The position numbers were made by a program, and so were the translations under genes. Positions 13,101 through 64,000 of a stretch of DNA of 64,000 bases are shown here, piece by piece; the first letter of the stretch is position 1; the number at the start of each line of letters is the position of its first letter. The notes below the pieces were generated by a model. The model saw only the letters and a list, made by a program, of their open reading frames with translations, was not told the origin of the DNA and did not search any database. The DNA is from Carcharhinus amblyrhynchos (taxonomy: Eukaryota): NCBI GenBank assembly GCA_965287045.1, contig OZ336880.1, positions 67,580,001 through 67,644,000 of the forward strand, in the 5' to 3' direction.

Positions 13101-14982
13101 TTCTCTTTAAATTCTGTGGGGTAATAATCTTGTAAATATCAGCACGATGACCAAAACCTCCCTAATTTGACCCATGATGTCACCCAAGATCTTAAATTCA
13201 ACAATCCTCTTTAACTACAGTTGTCTATCAAATAACTTCTGGAAATCCATTAATTGTATTTAGCCTTAAAATTGCTAATTTGCAGAAATTACTTCCTCAG
13301 TTAATTTCTGCAGATGAGTGAGCATCTGTTTTTCGCCCATTTTGTTCCTGTGTACTTGATTCTTCTTTTCATGCGGTGAAGGTAGAAACGTAAAGATTCT
13401 ATCGTCCCAGATGATCGCAGGCTGTTCTCTTTGATGTAACTTGCGGATCACCACACCTTGGGCATGGTTGGGAAGGCAGGGCTTTCATTAATAACTTCAG
13501 CCAGTAAGAGAAATAAACCCATGCAGTTGGCGTCGCTCTGCATCACTAATGCAGCCATCCAGCCAAATGAGCAGCAGTGGCTCACATATATAAAGACCCA
13601 CTTATGTTAAAGAAAGCTTAAATCAAATAACTGATTTGTCAGCTAATATCTCTTTTCCTTTTTGTAATCTCTTCTTACCCAACACGCTCTCCCTTCTAGT
13701 TAGGAAGGTGCTGGAAATTATACTGGGTTTGAGTCCCATTGCCTAACTAGTGTGTATGTAAGCCATGTCAGCAGGCAGTGATCAAAAAAATCTTATTCTG
13801 TCCTCCTAATACTTCTCATGATCAGAAACTGTCTGATATTTTAGGGGTGCTGCACCAATTGTAGCGCTCCCCTGCAGCCATGATTGTCATTGGCTAATTC
13901 ACACCAATCAGGATCAAATGTGGGATCATTCCTGAGTTGTATGATAAGTCAATTCAGGCTGAAAGTAAAATTTAAGGTGCCATTGGCTGTGGACCTCAAT
14001 AATTTAATGCATCTTTTCCATATCCTATCTTAATTTTTATCGTGTTAGTGGAAATAAAAGCCACTACGTCCCTTCGCACATAATACCCCTCATCCTTGAT
14101 TTTATCTCTAAATCTTTCTGTACTCTCTCTATGCTCTCAACTTTTTTCCTGTAACAGCATACCAAAAGCTGAGTATGTTAACAAATGTAAAGTTACCAAT
14201 AATATAATTTGCATAGATTTTACATTATTTTATGTCTTCTATACTGTTATTTATAAAACCTGCGTGCCAAAACACTTTTTCCAGCTTTGTTCTGTTTCAG
14301 GATTTATTTTTCTCCACCCTATGTCTCTCTACTTTTATTATTTCGAAAATTTTTTCCATTTGCTATATGGCTTCTCGTTACTCTTCCTCCCAAAGTTCAT
14401 CACTTCACATTTCTCAAGATTAAATTCCATCCGGCATCAACTGTTCAACTTATTAGCTCATCTGTATCTTCCTGAATTCCCTAGCTGTTGTTTAACAACA
14501 TTGCATAATATTGTGAGATTTGTAAATTTATTGCTGTGCCCTTTCTATCCAAGTATATATCCATATTGTGTGAAGAGGTGTAGTTTACAGTGGACTAGTT
14601 TGAAAAGTATTTACCGTCTACAATTTTGTTTGTTTTTTCCTTTTAGTAAACATTTTTTACATGTGGCCAATGCCCCTTCAATACCATCTTCTTTGATCCT
14701 GTTAACAGAATTCCATTGGTGTGACATCTTATCAAATGCCTTGGAAAATCCTAATACGTAAAATCCAATACACTTCTGTGTTCTGTTGCTTCCCGGAAGC
14801 ATCATATTGCAGCTGCCACACCTAGAATGTAACTCTTATCAGAAGTGTTTGAATCTGAACAGTTTGTTGAAAAATGCTGTTATTTTAACGCATGATGAAC
14901 GTTTGCTCTGTAATACAAAACTTTATTGTCTCTCTTACTGCAGGTTCCATGTTTTTGGTAGAATGCAGAGTAAACTTGTCTA

Positions 14983-62981
<47,999 letters not shown>

Positions 62982-63286
62982 TGACCTTCTTTGTTTTGCA
63001 TACAGTAGTAAAGCCCCTAATCTTGTATTTTAAGAAAGGTTCTGTTCAATTCACTTGAAGTTTGTGTTCTTTGGAGGGGTTGATGGAGATGCATGGAAAT
63101 TCATTTTGAGCAAATATTATATTTGCTTAATCTTCTATTATTAATGCCCACACACCTAGCTTTACTGTTTCCCAGACCACAGAAAAGTTAAATTGTAGTT
63201 TCTCTGCTGTATAGGCTGATAGGAAAATGTTGCCCTCCCACTCTCATTTTGTAAGCACACAGGATAGATGTCTTTTTAAAGTTTTA

Positions 63287-64000
63287 TAGAATAAAGAAAA
63301 TTGCAGCACAGGAACAGGCCCATCGGTCCTCCAAGCCTGCACTGTTCATGCTGCCTGACTGAACTAAAAACCCTACCCTTCTGGGGACCATATCGCTCCA
63401 TTCCCATCCAATTCATTTATTTATCAAGATGCCTCTTAAAAATTACTATCGTATCTCTCCCAGCAGCGAGTTTCAGGCATCCACCACCCTCTGTGTAAAA
63501 AAAAAACTTGCCTTGTTCATCTCCTTTAAACCTTGCCCCTCGCACCTTAAACATATGCCCGCGAGTGATTGATTCTTCCACCCTGGAAAAAGCTTCTGAC
63601 AATCCATTCTGTCCATGCCCCTTGTAATCTTGTAGGCTTCTCTCAGGTTGCCCTGAACCTCCATCTCTCCAGTGAGAACAGGCCAAGTTTCTCCAACCTC
63701 TCCTCATAACTAATGTCCTCCGTACCAGCAGCATCCTGGTAAGGCTGTTCTGTACCCTGTCCAAAGCCTCTACATCTTTCTGGTAGTGTGGCAACCAAAA
63801 TTGAACACTATATTCCCAAGTGTGGCTTAACTAAGGTTCTGTAAAGCTGCAATACGATTTGCCAATTTTTAAACTCAGTGCCTCAGCCGAAGAAGGCAAG
63901 CATGCTGTATGCCGCCTTGACTACCTTCCCCACCTGCATTGCCACTTTCAGTGACCTGTGTACCTGTACACCCAGATCCCTCTGTGTATCAATACTCTTA
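63287..64000 (-). mobile_element. CR1 LINE ORF2 3' remnant, continuing beyond the window
   Basis: PHYQKDVEALDRVQ..., AYKITRGMDRMD, TRGHMFKVRG..., FFFTQRVVDA in broken frames. Confidence 0.85.

Noticed and set aside
14096-14761. Longest ORF in the track (221 aa)
   Set aside because: TTG start, F/L-rich low-information translation; it is antisense to a decayed CR1 (the opposite strand reads GFSKAFDKMSH). Not a gene.

Overview
AT-rich vertebrate genomic DNA. The HE1-like V-SINEs, DeuSINE and CR1/HER1-like LINE tails suggest a cartilaginous fish (inference). The whole window lies inside one + strand multi-exon gene that I recognise as R3HDM1 (R3H + SUZ domain RNA-binding protein). I traced 19 GT-AG coding exons from the ATG at 14983 to 62893. 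Their phases are consistent and they give an open frame of 2411 nt (803 codons + 2 nt); the gene continues past the window end, and no promoter or first exon is visible. A likely 5'UTR exon lies at 8619-8817. The intronic miR-128-1 hairpin is at 58706-58787. Introns contain decayed LINEs (CR1, L2, Rex1/Babar), SINEs and a MITE. Best leads: a perfect 23-bp tandem array capped by hairpins with an inverted core (4839-5058); a candidate 23-nt frameshifting microexon or recursive splice site (49647-49669); an in-frame, stop-free 111-nt intron; stacked uORFs including a TAATG stop-start overlap; and a possible short ARPP-21/RCS-like isoform. I found no clear new multi-gene system; most of the ORF track is spurious or transposon-derived. 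Repeat boundaries are approximate, and all homology calls are from memory, not from database searches.
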